Source of the DNA: the human T2T-CHM13v2.0 reference genome, Homo sapiens
Assembly: GCF_009914755.1 (NCBI RefSeq)
Contig: NC_060927.1
DNA: 64,000 nt
Reading direction: 5' to 3' (one strand)
The position numbers were made by a program, and so were the translations under genes. Below the pieces are notes generated by a model that saw only the letters and a list, made by a program, of their open reading frames with translations, did not search any database and was not told the origin of the DNA. Of this stretch, positions 1-14,181 are shown piece by piece (positions within the stretch are counted from its first letter, which is position 1; the number at the start of each line of letters is the position of its first letter).

Positions 1-1773
1 TCATACACCACCCCCCCATATATATACTTATAGTATGTTATATAATGAAATGTTAACAGTCTCTGGTTTGGGGTGTTGGATTATGAAATACATTTTTTTC
101 TCATATGTATATTCTTGACCCTTCAACTAACAAGCATTATGTTTTTAATAAGGAAAATAATCATTCACCTTTAAAAAATGAATTCCATTAATATGCTTCC
201 ATTTGTCCTTTGAAAATTTAATAACTTTATATATTAGTTATTCCATAATAAGTAGTTGATTTTGAAAATAGAAAATTAGGTAGTTGTTCTAAAACAAGGC
301 AAGAAAGGGTTGTGTAAAATACCATAATGACTTATTTTATTAATAGATAAGCCATAAATATCCTGATGAATTATTTTCTGATGAGAAATAAGAATTGCTG
401 TGGCTCAGAGTTACATTTTCTTGTAATGTGACCAAGGCCAAAAGGAATTTGATAGCTATTCCAACTTTGTATCGTAAGGAGTAGTTTTTAACATTCCTGA
501 ATAGATAAGATAGCTCCTGGAATCTTCCCAATTTTCAACTATTTCTTTGATGACTATCTATAGTGATTGATTTGTTGATATAAATGTTAAGCTGACATAT
601 ATTTACTAAACGTCTATTATTAGTTAGATATTACTAACTGCTATGCATACCAGAGAGCATGAAGTATAGGCTCTCACCTAAAGGAACTACAGTATTGTTG
701 GGTAATAAATTGTATGAAACAGAACATTTTTAGAGAATATAATGCAAGTACTAAAATGACTGAAGAGATAAGAACCATGATATTTATAAAGCAGTGGATA
801 AATGTAGGCTGAGAGTTTGGGAAAAACTTCAAGAAAAGTTGTGACTTGCCTGGCTTTGGAAAGATAAGTGATACTTGGTTATGAGAGAGGAGGGAAAAGC
901 ATTTCAGCTTGTGAGATGAAGGTCTAAAGTCCTTAGGGCTGAATTTGCTGGTTGTGGCTATGTTTACTGCAGTTCCAGCAGAGTTAGAGATGTGGTTAGG
1001 CCAGGACAGTAAGGATATCTGCCTGGAAGATTCCTGTTTTCCCTTTAGAGGGAATAGATTAAGGTGGCAGGGATCAGGTAGGAAATGATGGGGGACCCTG
1101 AAGTTAGAGCTGAGAATGTCTTCTCAGCTTCTCTGATACCATGCTCTAAGTTTGCTCCCATTTCTTTCGTGGTTCCTTCTCTTTTCATTTGTTGGCTCCC
1201 AACCTCTTCTCTACTCAGTCTCTGAATGTTGGACTCAACTGAAGTTCCTTAGCTGCTCTTCTGCCTCTGTTCTCATTCCCTGAATGAAAGGAGAGGGTTC
1301 AAACTATCCACCACTATGGTTTAATACAATTACAGAGCTCCTTGGAAAAGTGATTTGTCTAGGGCTGGGGAGGGATAAAAGAAGATGAGCCTGGAGGATG
1401 TCATGGTACCAAAAAGTAAGTACTCAAGAAAAGCGGGGGGGCACATTGAGAGAACACAGGAGCCAACCTAAAAGAGCTACCAATGGCCAAAGCTAGACCA
1501 ATTTCAGACAAAATAAAATATTGAATTATGAAGCAGAATAAAATAAACACAATTTAGTCCATACTGATATAAATAAATGATTGAATAAAAGTAAATGGTA
1601 GAGAAAGGACAACTTCTTACAGAATAATTCCAAATAATAGATGCAAAAGGAAAGGAGGAAATAGAAAATCGTTGTGAGAACACTAGAACACTGGTGAAAC
1701 GTTGCTGCAGGGAGGATCTGCCTATGCATGCATAAATTAATGGACAATGTTTTGAGAGAAAATGGCTATTTGG

Positions 1774-2512
<739 letters not shown>

Positions 2513-3599
2513 TGCAAATTGAGGAGTATTTTACAAAATACCTGACAGATATTTCTCAAGAGTGTCATGAAAGACAATGATAAACGAGGAATTGTCTCAG
2601 ATTGGAGGAGACTAAGGTGATGAAGAATTAAATACAATGTGGAATTCTGGATTGGACCCAGGAACAGAAAAAAGGCATTAGTGGAAAACTGGCAAAATCT
2701 GAATAAAGTCTGTAATTCAGGTAATGATATTGTACCAATGTTAATTTCTTACTTTTGATCATTGTACCCCGGTCATGTAAGATGCTAACATTAGAAGAAC
2801 CTGAGTGATGGGTATATGGGAGCTCAGTGCTATCTTTACAAATCTGTAAATGTACAATTATTTCAAAATAAAAAGTTAAACATACAAAACATCTACCTAC
2901 AGAGACCTCTCAGTCCTCTGTTTCTCTGATAGGATCTTATTTTTCTGCCTTTTTAAAATCTTTGCCTTCTTCCTGTCCACATTTAAAATCTTCACCCCCT
3001 TTGTCCTCACATGTGTTTATCTTGTCACCTTGAAAACAAAAGCCACTGGGTCTTCTGGATAATTTCTCAGATGGAAGTGAATGGCAAGTCTCCTTTTGCC
3101 CTCCAAGTACAGAAATCCTAGATAAAATATTGTTTTTAAAATGTATAGGTAAACTCAAACAGGGAAAATTCCCAGGTGCCAGCACAGAAAGCGATGGTCT
3201 GTAGACATTAGAAACCCTGGACCTGAGGGCAGGACTGAAGTTGTAATGCCATTGCTGGGACAGGAAAGAAAGCTTCAGGCATGGATAAGGTAAGGAGCTA
3301 GAACTGGACCCTGCATCCTCAAAAACACAGGGTGTAGGAAAGACCGATCATTGGCCGGGGAGGTGTCAAAGATGTGCGCCTTATGCTAGGGGCCACAATT
3401 GGGAAAATAATCACTCATAAATTATCAAACTCAAACCTGCACTCTTTGTAGTTGTGGGATCCAAATTCATACTATCTATATGGCACAGAAGCTAATAAAT
3501 GAACGTAGAAATGGTTATGAAATGGGTAACACTTCTATGGGCTTGGCAGGGACAAATGCAAAACCACTTTGCAGGGATGTTTTCATAAGCCTGAGCAAG

Positions 3600-4070
3600 A
3601 GAGTCTCTCAGGTAAAAAGCTACTGAATGTCAGTTTACTATCAAAAATTATAAAGCAAAGAAACAAATCCTCATCAGCAATGAACCCAGAAAATTAACAC
3701 TCTAAAAACTAAAGATAATTTAAAAAATCTAAAATATAGTTTGAAATAAGTATGTTTAATTTGTTTAAGAAAAAAATGACTATGAAACTAGAAAATGAAG
3801 ATTTTGGAAAACATGGAATTTTAGAAATAATCCGTGTAAGCCGTTGATATTAAAACCTCAATGGAAGTGTTACACACGAGATTAGACACAATGAAGAGCA
3901 AGAATTAGATACTAGAAAACAGATCTGAGGAAATCATCCAGAATAAAGATCAAAGAAGTACAGAGAAGAAAATTTTGGAAGAAAATTTGATTCATGAAGG
4001 GTAGAAGGTGAAGGTTCAATATTTTTCTAAAAGCAATTCTACAAGAATAGAAGAGAGATGGAGAAGCAAT
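3600..4070 (+). mobile_element. Degraded ancient L1/HAL1 ORF1-region remnant
   Basis: A-rich, with motifs such as agattagacacaatgaagag and agatctgaggaaatcatccagaat typical of old L1 ORF1 coiled-coil sequence. Confidence 0.5.
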
Positions 4071-4099
4071 ATTTACATTTTATCTACTTTATGGTCACA

Positions 4100-4501
4100 C
4101 ACATATATGTATGTGTGTGTGTATATACGCACACTATATTTGTGTGTGTATATATATATACATATATATACACCTATATATACAGGTATATATATACACA
4201 TATATATACCTATTTATATATACCTATATATACCTATATATACACCTATATATACCTATATATACACCTATATATACCTATATATATCTATATATACACC
4301 TATATATACACCTATATATGCCTATATACACACCTATATATACCTATATATACACCTATATATACACCTATATATACCTATATATACCTATATACACACA
4401 TATACATATATATACCTATATATATACATATACCTATATATACATATACCTATATATATACATATACCTATATATATACACCTATATATATATATATATA
4501 T
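4100..4501. repeat. TA-rich compound microsatellite/VNTR, (TATATACACC/TATATATACC)n
   Basis: Directly visible; it produces the spurious Y/I/T/H/P-rich ORFs. Confidence 0.97.
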
Positions 4502-4755
4502 AGGTTTCACCACATCCCCTTTAGTAAATTTCCATATGGTCTAGCAAATCCTTTATCACATGGCATCACTCTTATGTGGTAACTCAACTGAAACTAACAA
4601 CTTAATATTTCGATAGGACTATTACAAAAAAATTGTGCTGGAAATAAAATGAAATAGACTTGGCTAACATGGACCTTTTATAATTGGAGCTCAACAATGA
4701 AAAAAATAGATAATTAGTAGGAAAAGTAAAAGTTTAGTTTTAGGGTTCTGTAATA
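4501..4755 (+). repeat. Direct repeat copy 1 (~255 bp) of 5890-6141
   Basis: taggtttcaccacatcccctttag...gggttctgtaata matches 5890-6141 with about 11 substitutions and one 3-bp indel by eye. Confidence 0.97.
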
Positions 4756-4775
4756 TATAGGGTCGTGTGTGTGTG

Positions 4776-4809
<34 letters not shown>

Positions 4810-5102
4810 AATATAGTGTGCGTATATACACACACAGATACCCAATAGCTGGTGGATAATAAGGACTGTCTGCTGTACTCAGCATAATCTCACTATTTAT
4901 TAAATACCACACTCAACTCATCATGCTATTGCTGACTGGAAACATCCCTTTTTCCTTTCATCCAAATTATTTTACTATCTTCCAGATCCAATCTAAGTTT
5001 TGACTTTTCTATGAAGGGATCTCAATGATGCATCTCTTTTCCTTACACTTCTGTTATTGTTGCATCTGAACCACTCAGTACTAAATTGTGTTCTATCTAC
5101 AC

Positions 5103-5323
5103 CAAGCTTGTCCAACCGACGGCCCTGTGGCTGCATGTTGCCCAGGACAGCTTTAAATGCAGCTCAATACAAATTTGGAAAGTTTCTTAAAACATTATGA
5201 GTTTTTTTTAGCGATTTTTTTTAAGCTCATCAGCTGTCGGTAGTGTTAGTGTATTTTATGTGTGGCCCAAGGCAATTCTTTTTCCAGTGTGGCCCAGGGA
5301 AGCCAAAAGATTGGACGCCCCTA
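5103..5323 (-). mobile_element. MER30 (hAT-Charlie MITE)
   Basis: caagcttgtccaacc...gggaagccaaaagattggacgcccct; 8-bp TSD atctacac/ttctacac. Confidence 0.9.
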
Positions 5324-5331
5324 TTCTACAC

Positions 5332-5673
5332 CAAGAGTTAGGAAACTATGAAAGCCAAGCAAATCCTGTCCACTGACTGTTTTTGTATGGTCCAGAAGCT
5401 AAGAATGATGTTTACATTTTTAAGTGGTTGAAAAAAAAAAGAGAAGAAGAATGTTTCATGGCATATTAGAAATTATATGAAATTCAAATTTTGGTGTCCT
5501 CTCAGTGTCCAATAAAGTTTATTGAAACACAGTCATGTCCACTTACGTATGTATTGTCTATAGCTGCTTCCACGCTGTAACAGAGTTCAGTAGCTCCAAT
5601 AGAAAATCTGTGGTGCACAATGGCTAAAATATGCACTTTCTGGCCATTTCCAGTTGAAGTTTACCAGTCTTTG
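5332..5673. mobile_element. MER58B-like hAT-Charlie MITE
   Basis: gctaagaatgatgtttacattttt and aataaagttttattgaaacacag motifs; perfect 8-bp TSD ttctacac at 5324-5331 and 5674-5681. Confidence 0.85.
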
Positions 5674-5889
5674 TTCTACACTGCAATTTTGTCATGTCAA
5701 GTACAGGATTTTAAGAAATGAATCTCACTTCATAGTGCAGGAGGTAGCAGTGTCCCCTCTCCCTGTTGGGAACTGGACTCAAGAGCAGTTCTTTTCAAAG
5801 TGGTCCTCCTCAGAAATTCCTCTTTCATCTCTCAAACCTGACACTTTTATATCCTTGAGGTGGGTGAGGGCTTCCAGGAAATTTGTAAC

Positions 5890-6141
5890 TAGGTTTCAGC
5901 ACATCCCCTTTAGTAAATTTCCATATGGTCTAGCACCTCCTTTATCACATGGCATCACGCTTATGTGGTAACTCAACTGAGAATAACAACTTAATATTTT
6001 GATAGGGCTATTACAAAAAAATTGTGCTGGAAATAAAATGAAATAGACGTGGCTAACATGGACCTTTTACAATTGGAGCTCAACAATGAAAAAAATAGAT
6101 AATTAGGAAAAGTAAAAGTTTAGTTGTAGGGTTCTGTAATA
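5890..6141 (+). repeat. Direct repeat copy 2 (probable source copy)
   Basis: Matches 4501-4755 and lies in unique flanking sequence. Confidence 0.97.
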
Positions 6142-7439
6142 ATTTTTTAAATAAGATAAGCAGGTCTTTACACATTTGAAAAGATCCTGGGTGAAACTAC
6201 GGAGCAAAAATAGCGTTTTACTGTGGTATCATTTTTCTTTTCTTGGCTTCAGCTGTGTGTTTTTAGTGAAATAAATAAGTATTGAATGTCTTGGGAGATT
6301 TGTGATTTTCTTTGATAACTGCTAAGACACCAGAGGTTTCAATTGTTTTTGATCCTCTTTGATCTTCCTCAGCTACTCTTTTTTCAGCATTGTAGTATTT
6401 TTGAAATTTTTACATGAGAATGAACAATAAAAGTTAACACTGTCATAATTAATTTGAAGAGTATGGCTGTGTTTACACAATAAAACCATTTGCAACCATC
6501 ATCTTCATCTTTTTCTCAGTAGATTAATTTTTCATTTGCATATATACAGCATAACTGCAGCAATAGCAAGCAAATATCTTTTTGTCTTTCCAAAAGAATA
6601 CTTTTTTAAAAATTAGACCATTTCATAGTCTTGAAGTTTAGTGCTAAAGCATTTCAAACAGCATTCGTATCTGAAAACCTACCACTGTCTTTTACAGGAA
6701 TAACAGAATGTTTAATAACCAAACTTTAGCCATACCAAACTTTGAATTTCCCCAGATGCCTAAGATGGCAATATTTCATGGGTCCTTTCTAGTAGCTCTG
6801 TTTAGAAAACAAAACAGCTAGGCTTTGTTTAGATGGATAATTCAACAAGGATTTCCACTAATAATCATGTCCAGTTCGTTCAGGGGGAGCACACTCAAGT
6901 TTGATGCTGCATCAACCGAGTATAAACCAGGACTGTTTTCTGCAATTTTAGCTTTCAGTCTGTATTAGCTGTGTTTTAAAAAGAACAAGAAGAAAAGAAA
7001 AAGGAAAAATGTAATGTTAATAGGCTTCCTTTTGTGATCTCTTAGGGAGAGGTCTTTTTAAATAAGGGGCTTGAACTTGACCTTCTTCAATGGCACAAAG
7101 GTCCAATGCGCAGTTTTTAAAGCTATATTTAAATTTTAATAATTATACTCATTGGAGGCTAGAATGAGACTTTCAGAACTTAATCCTCAATCTTTTAGTG
7201 AAACTGCTTGGCAAAGAACAGAAGCTCAGGAAAACGTCTGCAGTAGGTACACAAATATTTCCCTGATTTCTTCATCCCACAGAATCAAACTGACTGCTTT
7301 GAGGTCATCAGTATAGTATTTGAGTTTGCAAATGTAATTTAATATAGAGTTATAATTTAAAAAATGCTTATCTTCAAGATAAATCTAGTTTTAGCGACCT
7401 GATACTGAAACTAGATTTTCAACATTTTAAAGAAATCAC

Positions 7440-7920
7440 ACTCTCAGTGTTGGCAAAATGGCATGGAAAGAGCCACTGTTGTATGCTGTTGTTGAAAGCA
7501 TAATTTTTTAAAATCTTTCTGGAAGGCAGTTTGGCCATATCTGTTGAATGCCTCCAAATTTTGCATAAAACCTTTAAACCAGCATTTTTACTTTAGGAGA
7601 TTCATGCTAAGAAAATAGTCGTAGATGTTTGCAAAATTATAGCTACAAGATTTTTATGTAAGTGTTTTTGGTAGAAACAAGAACTGGATAAAGCATAAAT
7701 ATTTAACAACCAGGCTCTATTCAGCCATTAAAAATGATACTAGAGAAATATTTAATGCCATGGAAATGGTTAAAAAAGCTGATTAAAAACAGTATGCACA
7801 ATGTGATTCCCTTTTGTAAGAAAAAAAATTTGCATCAAAAATACTGGATAAAAACAAATAGAATGTTAACAGTAGAATCTGTATATAAAGGAATTGTGAA
7901 TACCATTTTTCCAACATGAA
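7440..7920 (+). mobile_element. L1ME-type fragment
   Basis: agtgttggcaaa...ctttctggaaggcagtttggccatatc...tattcagccattaaaaatgat, characteristic of old L1 3' regions. Confidence 0.65.
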
Positions 7921-9987
7921 AATAGCTTCTTAAAATATTCTTAAAATTAAAATGCATAGTAGGTGTAAAAATCTCAAACTATAGGAAAGTAAAAATTGTA
8001 AGCCCTTTTCCTTTTAATTGCATAATTTGGTAGGGGACACACACACACACGCACACACACACACACACACACACATACACATGCTACCTTCTGTTTTGGT
8101 TTTTTATTCAACAGTTTATCTTGGAGAATTTTACGTGTTAGTGCATGTAGATCTACTTCATTCTTTAAATTTCTATGTGGTATTCCATAATATGATTGTG
8201 TAATACCCTTTCTTATCAACTACTCTGATTATTCTTATCAACTACTTACCACACTTATCAGCTACTCTCACCATTCTGTTCCAACAGCAGGATTTATAGA
8301 TTTGACCTTTTTCTTCATTTCCTCTCTGCTTTTCACTTCTCTCCTTTTCCAGCTTATATAGTTATTATTTCATTTGACGCTCTCTTTTTTTGCCCCATCT
8401 GCAAAACCACAACTCTCAATTCCCTGTGTAACCAAGCAGACAAGCACTGTTGAAGAAAATCCTGCCATAGGGCAGTTATGTCCCACCTTTTAAGACACTC
8501 AATACTACCCGGCAATCCTGCTAGTTTCTCTGGTGAGGTCACCCTCTCACTGTCTGCCACTATTATTTCAAACGGTCTCCATTCCCCTCAAAAGTCAGAT
8601 TTCCCTGGATCTCCTCCAACTTTCCCTCTCAGAGACTGATGATGTCTCATAATATAGAAAAAATTGAAGCCTTGACTTCCATGTACCAATTTATAAACCT
8701 TCTCAATTGTGTATCTTTTCTCTCTCTTCCTTCTTTTTACATGGAAGAAATGTATTTGCTTTGCTGTTGTTTCATTTAGGAATTTTGTACATATTTTTAT
8801 GTAATATTATTTTAACAGTTTTCCTATGTAGACTGCTTTTCTTAGTTTTGATATCAGGGTTTATTCTGCTTGACTTGTAGAATGACTTGGGAAACTTTCT
8901 TTTGTTTCTTTGCTTTTTCCTTTTACTCGGTGCTCTAAGAAATTTGTTCCTTGAAAGTTTGGTAGCAGCATTTTGGTACAAGTCTTTGAGTAGTGGTAAG
9001 GGTGATATTAGTGTATGTGTGTGTGTGCCTGTGTGTATGCCAATCTTTGATTAACCTTTTCTTTAGTTTCTCCTATAATTATTGGTCTATCTCAATTTTC
9101 TTCTACTTCCTAAGTTCATTTTGGTAATTTTTATCTTCAGAAAACATCTACTTTGTCCTTCATCTAGATTAGGGATTTGTTTCTTCCCTGTGGAACTCTT
9201 TGGCAGTTGATCAAGTTGATGAAGTTGATAAAGACCTCTTCTTAGAATCATTTAAAAAAATCCTACTTGGGAGTGGAGTCACATGACTTTCTGTGCCTTC
9301 CTACAAAAATGTGTGTGTGTGTGTGTGTTTTCTGTTTACATACATGGTTTTCTCACAATGCTATCTTAATATGCTCAGTAATTTTATGGAATAAAATTGT
9401 ATAAACCCTGCTTGAATAATATATTCTGTGTGCTTGCCTCCTTTACCTCATAACACAGTGTACAAAAAGGGAATTGAAGAGGAAGTCAAATAAAGAAAAG
9501 AAAATACTACCCGTGCAACTTGCAACATGTACGGCCTGTGTCACCACACAATCTGTGAATAATAAGAAGTTACTTTAAATAATACTTCAGCAGTTATCTC
9601 AATCATGTGATTTGTTTGAACTTCCAAGGCTAATACTTTCAGCTCAACAGTTATCTATATTATAACATACCGTAATGCCTTATGGAGAGTTAAAAATTCT
9701 CATTTCAACTGTCCTCTTCTGCAAAGCTTTAATAAGTAATGCAAAAAACTCACCCCCTTTCATGTATTGATGAATATAGGTAGATAAAAATTTTAGAGGG
9801 AAAAATAGGGGCTGGGTCACCAATATGAGAACATAGATAAGTAGGCACATTTGCCTGGTGGGTGGTCAGCTCATTTGCAGGGGCATCTGTAGACAGAAAC
9901 TTGGAGATTATGTGCAGTCTATAGGCTGATCTAATGACTGCCATGAATGATAGTTTCACATAGATGTACCAACTGAAAAATGACATA

Positions 9988-10354
9988 CAGATGGTCCCCG
10001 ATTTATGATGGCTCAACTTAAGATTTTTTGACTTTACAATGGTGTGAAAACAATATACATTCAGTAGAAACTGTACTTAGAGTACCCATAAAATCATTCC
10101 GTTTTTCACTTTCATTACAGTATTCAATAAACTCCATGATATATTCAACATTTTGTTATAAAATAAGCCTTATATTAGAGGATTTTGATCAACCGTAGGC
10201 TAATGTAAGTGTTCAGAGCACATTTAAGACAGTTTAGACTAAGCTATGATGTTCAATCGCTTGGGTTTATTAAGTGCATTTTCGACTTTAAGATATTTTT
10301 AACTTATGATGGGTTTATCAGGATGTAACCCCAACATAAGTCGAGGAGCCTCTG
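9988..10354 (-). mobile_element. MER47A (Tigger MITE)
   Basis: Terminal inverted repeats cagatggtccccgatttatgatgg / cataagtcgaggagcctctg, 367 bp, TA at the left end. Confidence 0.9.
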
Positions 10355-10780
10355 TCAACATTTCTGTGACTTTTATTGATGAAGTTCGCAAATATTGCTA
10401 ATACCTCTGTGTTTGTTACCTAAATTCATAATTGAAGGCCACGCTACACTTGAGTTAGAGATGAGTGGAAATAAAGACATAATTTATTTTAACATCTAAG
10501 ATTATGGACCCATTGAAACCTAGAATCCAGGATTCTGGAGTCTTGATTTCTAGATTTACTAGTGTATTGGTATAAAGGAGTATGTAATATAATATTCTCC
10601 TTTTTTATGGGTATATATTTGCTATGTTAAAAAATTATTTCTAGAGAATAAGAATTATACAATTGCCTTAAATGTCTTACTTAATAATGATAATTTAAAT
10701 TGAATAAAGATTTTAATGGCTTTCTTTTTTCTACTTTTTTAATCTTATGCTTTTTTCTTTATTGCATGTGTACGTATATG

Positions 10781-10811
<31 letters not shown>

Positions 10812-10879
10812 TGCTTCATTTGAGTACTGAATTGAGTAATTCTTGCATAAAAAGTTTGTGGATTTTAAGCTGTCAGAGT

Positions 10880-11600
10880 CTTTTTATGCCCATGAGTGTT
10901 TTCCTTTACTCTTACACATGATTGATAATTTTGCTGGACATAGAATTCTTGGTTCAAAATAATGTAATCTCAGAACCCAAGAAGACATTTTTTCATTGTC
11001 TTCTAGGATCCAGATTGCAGTTGATACTTTTGTATTCTCATTCTAATTTCATGCTTTTGAAGCTGAAAATAACTCTTTTCATAATTTTGTGAAGGTTTTG
11101 TGATTTTTTCTTTATTTTTGAAGTTCTACATTTTCACCAGGTTATGAACATTTCTGCTTGGGAGTTGATGTTCCTGTCAGATTAAAGGTTTGCATCTGTT
11201 TTTTCCAGCTCAGGGAATTTTTTATTATTATTCTTTCATTATTCCAAACTTATTCCTTATTAATTCTGTCTTTATTGAATCTCTGTTAAATAGAAATTGA
11301 AACTTTTAAATCTATACTTTATTTTTTCTGTTTCTTCACACTTTCTACACCTTTACCCTTCTCAATGCATTCTGACAGAATGGTTTGCTTGATCTTTGAG
11401 GTTGCTAATCTGTTCATTATTGTGTTCATGCAAAAAAAAAAACAAACAGATTTTTCTTAAAAACTGAAAATCAGCAAAATTTACAAGAGCGTTCTCTTGA
11501 GTATATATTGGGTCACAGATTCCTAAGTGTTGCTGTGAACATATTTTTACCTTCATTTTTTTTTCCTGTGATTTGGAAGGGACAGTACTGGTTAAATGTT
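10880..11600 (-). mobile_element. Ancient L1M fragment
   Basis: T-rich; tttgctggacatagaattcttggttcaaaata motif of antisense old L1. Confidence 0.55.
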
Positions 11601-11901
11601 TTAACCAACCATCTTGAATCTGGAATCTGCTGATTGCTATCTAGTATGTGTCAGGTTCCATGTTAATCACTGGATAAACAATGCAGGCGTAGAGACCTCA
11701 ATCAAATAGAACATCATGAACATTGCAAACACTAAAGCATTTTCTTCTGAGGCACACAGAAAAAGGTGAGAGAAAGTGGAGAGAGAGGTGATCTGAACAG
11801 CAAATTGGGGTCTCTCATTCTGTATACTTTCTTAAGGTGTTTGGATTTTATTATGTACACAGTAGGTAGCTGAAAAGGGGTTAAATTTTGTGTTTATCTG
11901 T

Positions 11902-12170
11902 TTTAGATAGAGATGGCATCTTGCTATGTTAACCGGGCTGGTCTTGAATTCCAGGCGTCAAGCAATCCTTCTGACTCAGCCTCCCAAGTAGCTGAGACTA
12001 CAAGTGCATCCCACCACACCCCACTGGTTTATTATTTTTCATTTTATTTTTGTAGATATGGGGTCTTGCTATGTTTCTCAGGCTGATCTCAAACTCCTGG
12101 CCTCAAGTAATCCTCCCATCTTGGCCTCCCAGAGTACTGGGATTAAGGGTGTGAGCTACCCTGTCTGGCC
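11902..12170 (-). mobile_element. Old Alu-family dimer of two short monomers (FLAM/AluJ-like)
   Basis: Two tandem ~120-bp monomers, each tcttgctatgtt...ggctg(g/a)tct...ctcc..., neither containing the right-arm ggagtgcagtgg insert. Confidence 0.8.
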
Positions 12171-13519
12171 ATGATGAAAAGTTTTTAGGAAATTTTTTTT
12201 TAAAAAAAATACCATGAAGGATGAAAAGAAAGAAGGCAGGACTGGAAAGGGAAAATCTTTTAGGAGGTAATTCCTGTAGTCTAGAAGGATCATTGTCATC
12301 TAACCTTTTGCAATGGCACTGGAGACTGGAAAAGGAGCATAAAATACTTGACCCAATACCTTCCCTAAATGCGCTTTTATTAGAAACTGGCATTACAACT
12401 CATGTAAAGAGCTACATCATTAACCAACAACCACAATGGTCACCTTTTTGTAATTTATTTTGCTTGTTACTTTTTCCTTATCCACACTATAGTCAGGAGG
12501 AGTAGTGTCAGTAAAGTTTTATAATTTTAGTACTGTTATATGTTGTGCAAATTTTACATCATGTATTTTATGCATAAAGGGTAGATCATGGGCTGCTTCA
12601 AAATGAAATTGTATTAGAATTGTGTGGGTACTTGAGTATTGATAGTGGGGAATCACATGTAATTCTAAATTGTGAGCCCAAGTAGCCAGATGTGATATTG
12701 AGAGGATGAGGCAATTCATCCCTAAACTCCAAGGCAGATACTAAATTTTCTTTCCAAATGTCATTGCATGGTTGAAGATTACAATGCTCCCTGGAAGAGC
12801 AGAGGCATTCTTAGGTCAAGGATAACTCTCTTACTAGTAGAATTTACAATAAGGTCACATTTCTCTGACTAGAAAAGTGGGCGTTGGGAAAATTTAATAG
12901 AAGTGTAGTAATAAAAGTTTTTTTTAAAAAGTACTTGTTTTACGCATAGTCCTATGTATAACAAAGCATTGAGGTTATTCCAGCAAGACAGATGTGGAGC
13001 AGGTGTTGAAATTTAATGGATAAGTAAGTAATACAGAGGCAGTAGATCAGTAATGGAGATGGATTAGATCATCAAGGAAATGGGTATAAAACAATGTATT
13101 ATGAAAATGCCTTTCGATTGTTTTCTTTCAAAAGTTTTCTTATGTCAGATTTAAGGCAGAGTTTCAGGTTCAAAATTTTGGGTATAAAGTGAAGCCGTGT
13201 CTTCAGTTTTTTCAGAATTCTGTGTTTTGTGAAGCTACTCTTGAAAGAGTCATTTCCCCATAGAGGCATATCTTTAAGTCTATACATTGGCAAATAAAAT
13301 AGTTTTATAGTCTAATGTACCGAAGTTTCAGGCATATTTATTATATTAACAAACGTATATATGAAAATATTTTGATTATGTAAAATTTAAAAATTGCTTG
13401 AAATTTGTACCATGAATTGATGTCAAATAATACCCAAATACAATTTCTATATATTGATAAAGTGGCTTTTACTAAAACCCATATATTTTTGATTTTATGA
13501 AACAGTATAAAAATTCACT

Positions 13520-13870
13520 GAAAGTCACCTAATTTACTGTGTGTCCCTCAAGCACCAGCCGCTACTCTAGATACTTGGATACACCACTGAACAAATCGAG
13601 TGGAACATCCCTTTCTTGAGGAACTTATTTTCTTGTGTGGGGAGAAAGACTGAGCAATAAACATATTATAAAAGTTAAATACTTAGTAAAAAGTATAATG
13701 AAAAAAGTAAAGCAGAAAAAGAAAAAGAAACCAAGGTAAAGGGGATCAGAAATGTGGGTGAGATATTTTAATTTTAAATTTTAAATAGGGTCTTCAAGGT
13801 GGGACTCGTTGAGCAAGAAACATTTCTGTGAAGACATGAAGGAGGTGAAACAGTAGAAAAGCATTATGAA
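13520..13870 (-). mobile_element. L2 fragment
   Basis: aatttactgtgtg...ctactctagatacttggatacaccactgaacaaa, typical of L2 3' end. Confidence 0.6.
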
Positions 13871-14118
13871 GTGCTGCCTTAAGCACTCTTAAAAAAAGAA
13901 ATTTGTTTTCATAGGGAAATTTGCATTTATCTTTTACTTAAATTGCTGAATTATTTTGATTAGTCAAAATTCCAAATTCACATTACCCCAGCATTGTTCC
14001 CTAAAATATACTGAAGTTATTTTACATCAATGTCTACTTCTTTTGGAATAATTTATATCAATATATTTGTTCATGCCTATCTCAGAATCCAAAATGTAGG
14101 TGCCCCTCTTTTAAAAAG

Positions 14119-14122
<4 letters not shown>

Positions 14123-14175
<53 letters not shown>

Positions 14176-14181
14176 GTATAT
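14123..14181. repeat. (TA)n(TATG)n microsatellite
   Basis: Directly visible. Confidence 0.95.

Noticed and set aside
4100-4500. CRISPR-like array or other prokaryotic system
   Set aside because: The sequence is primate genomic DNA; the repeat has no unique spacers and there are no cas-like ORFs.
4008-4582. Three overlapping ORFs of 130-178 aa
   Set aside because: They are translations of a stop-free TA/CA microsatellite with low-complexity Y/I/T/H/P content.
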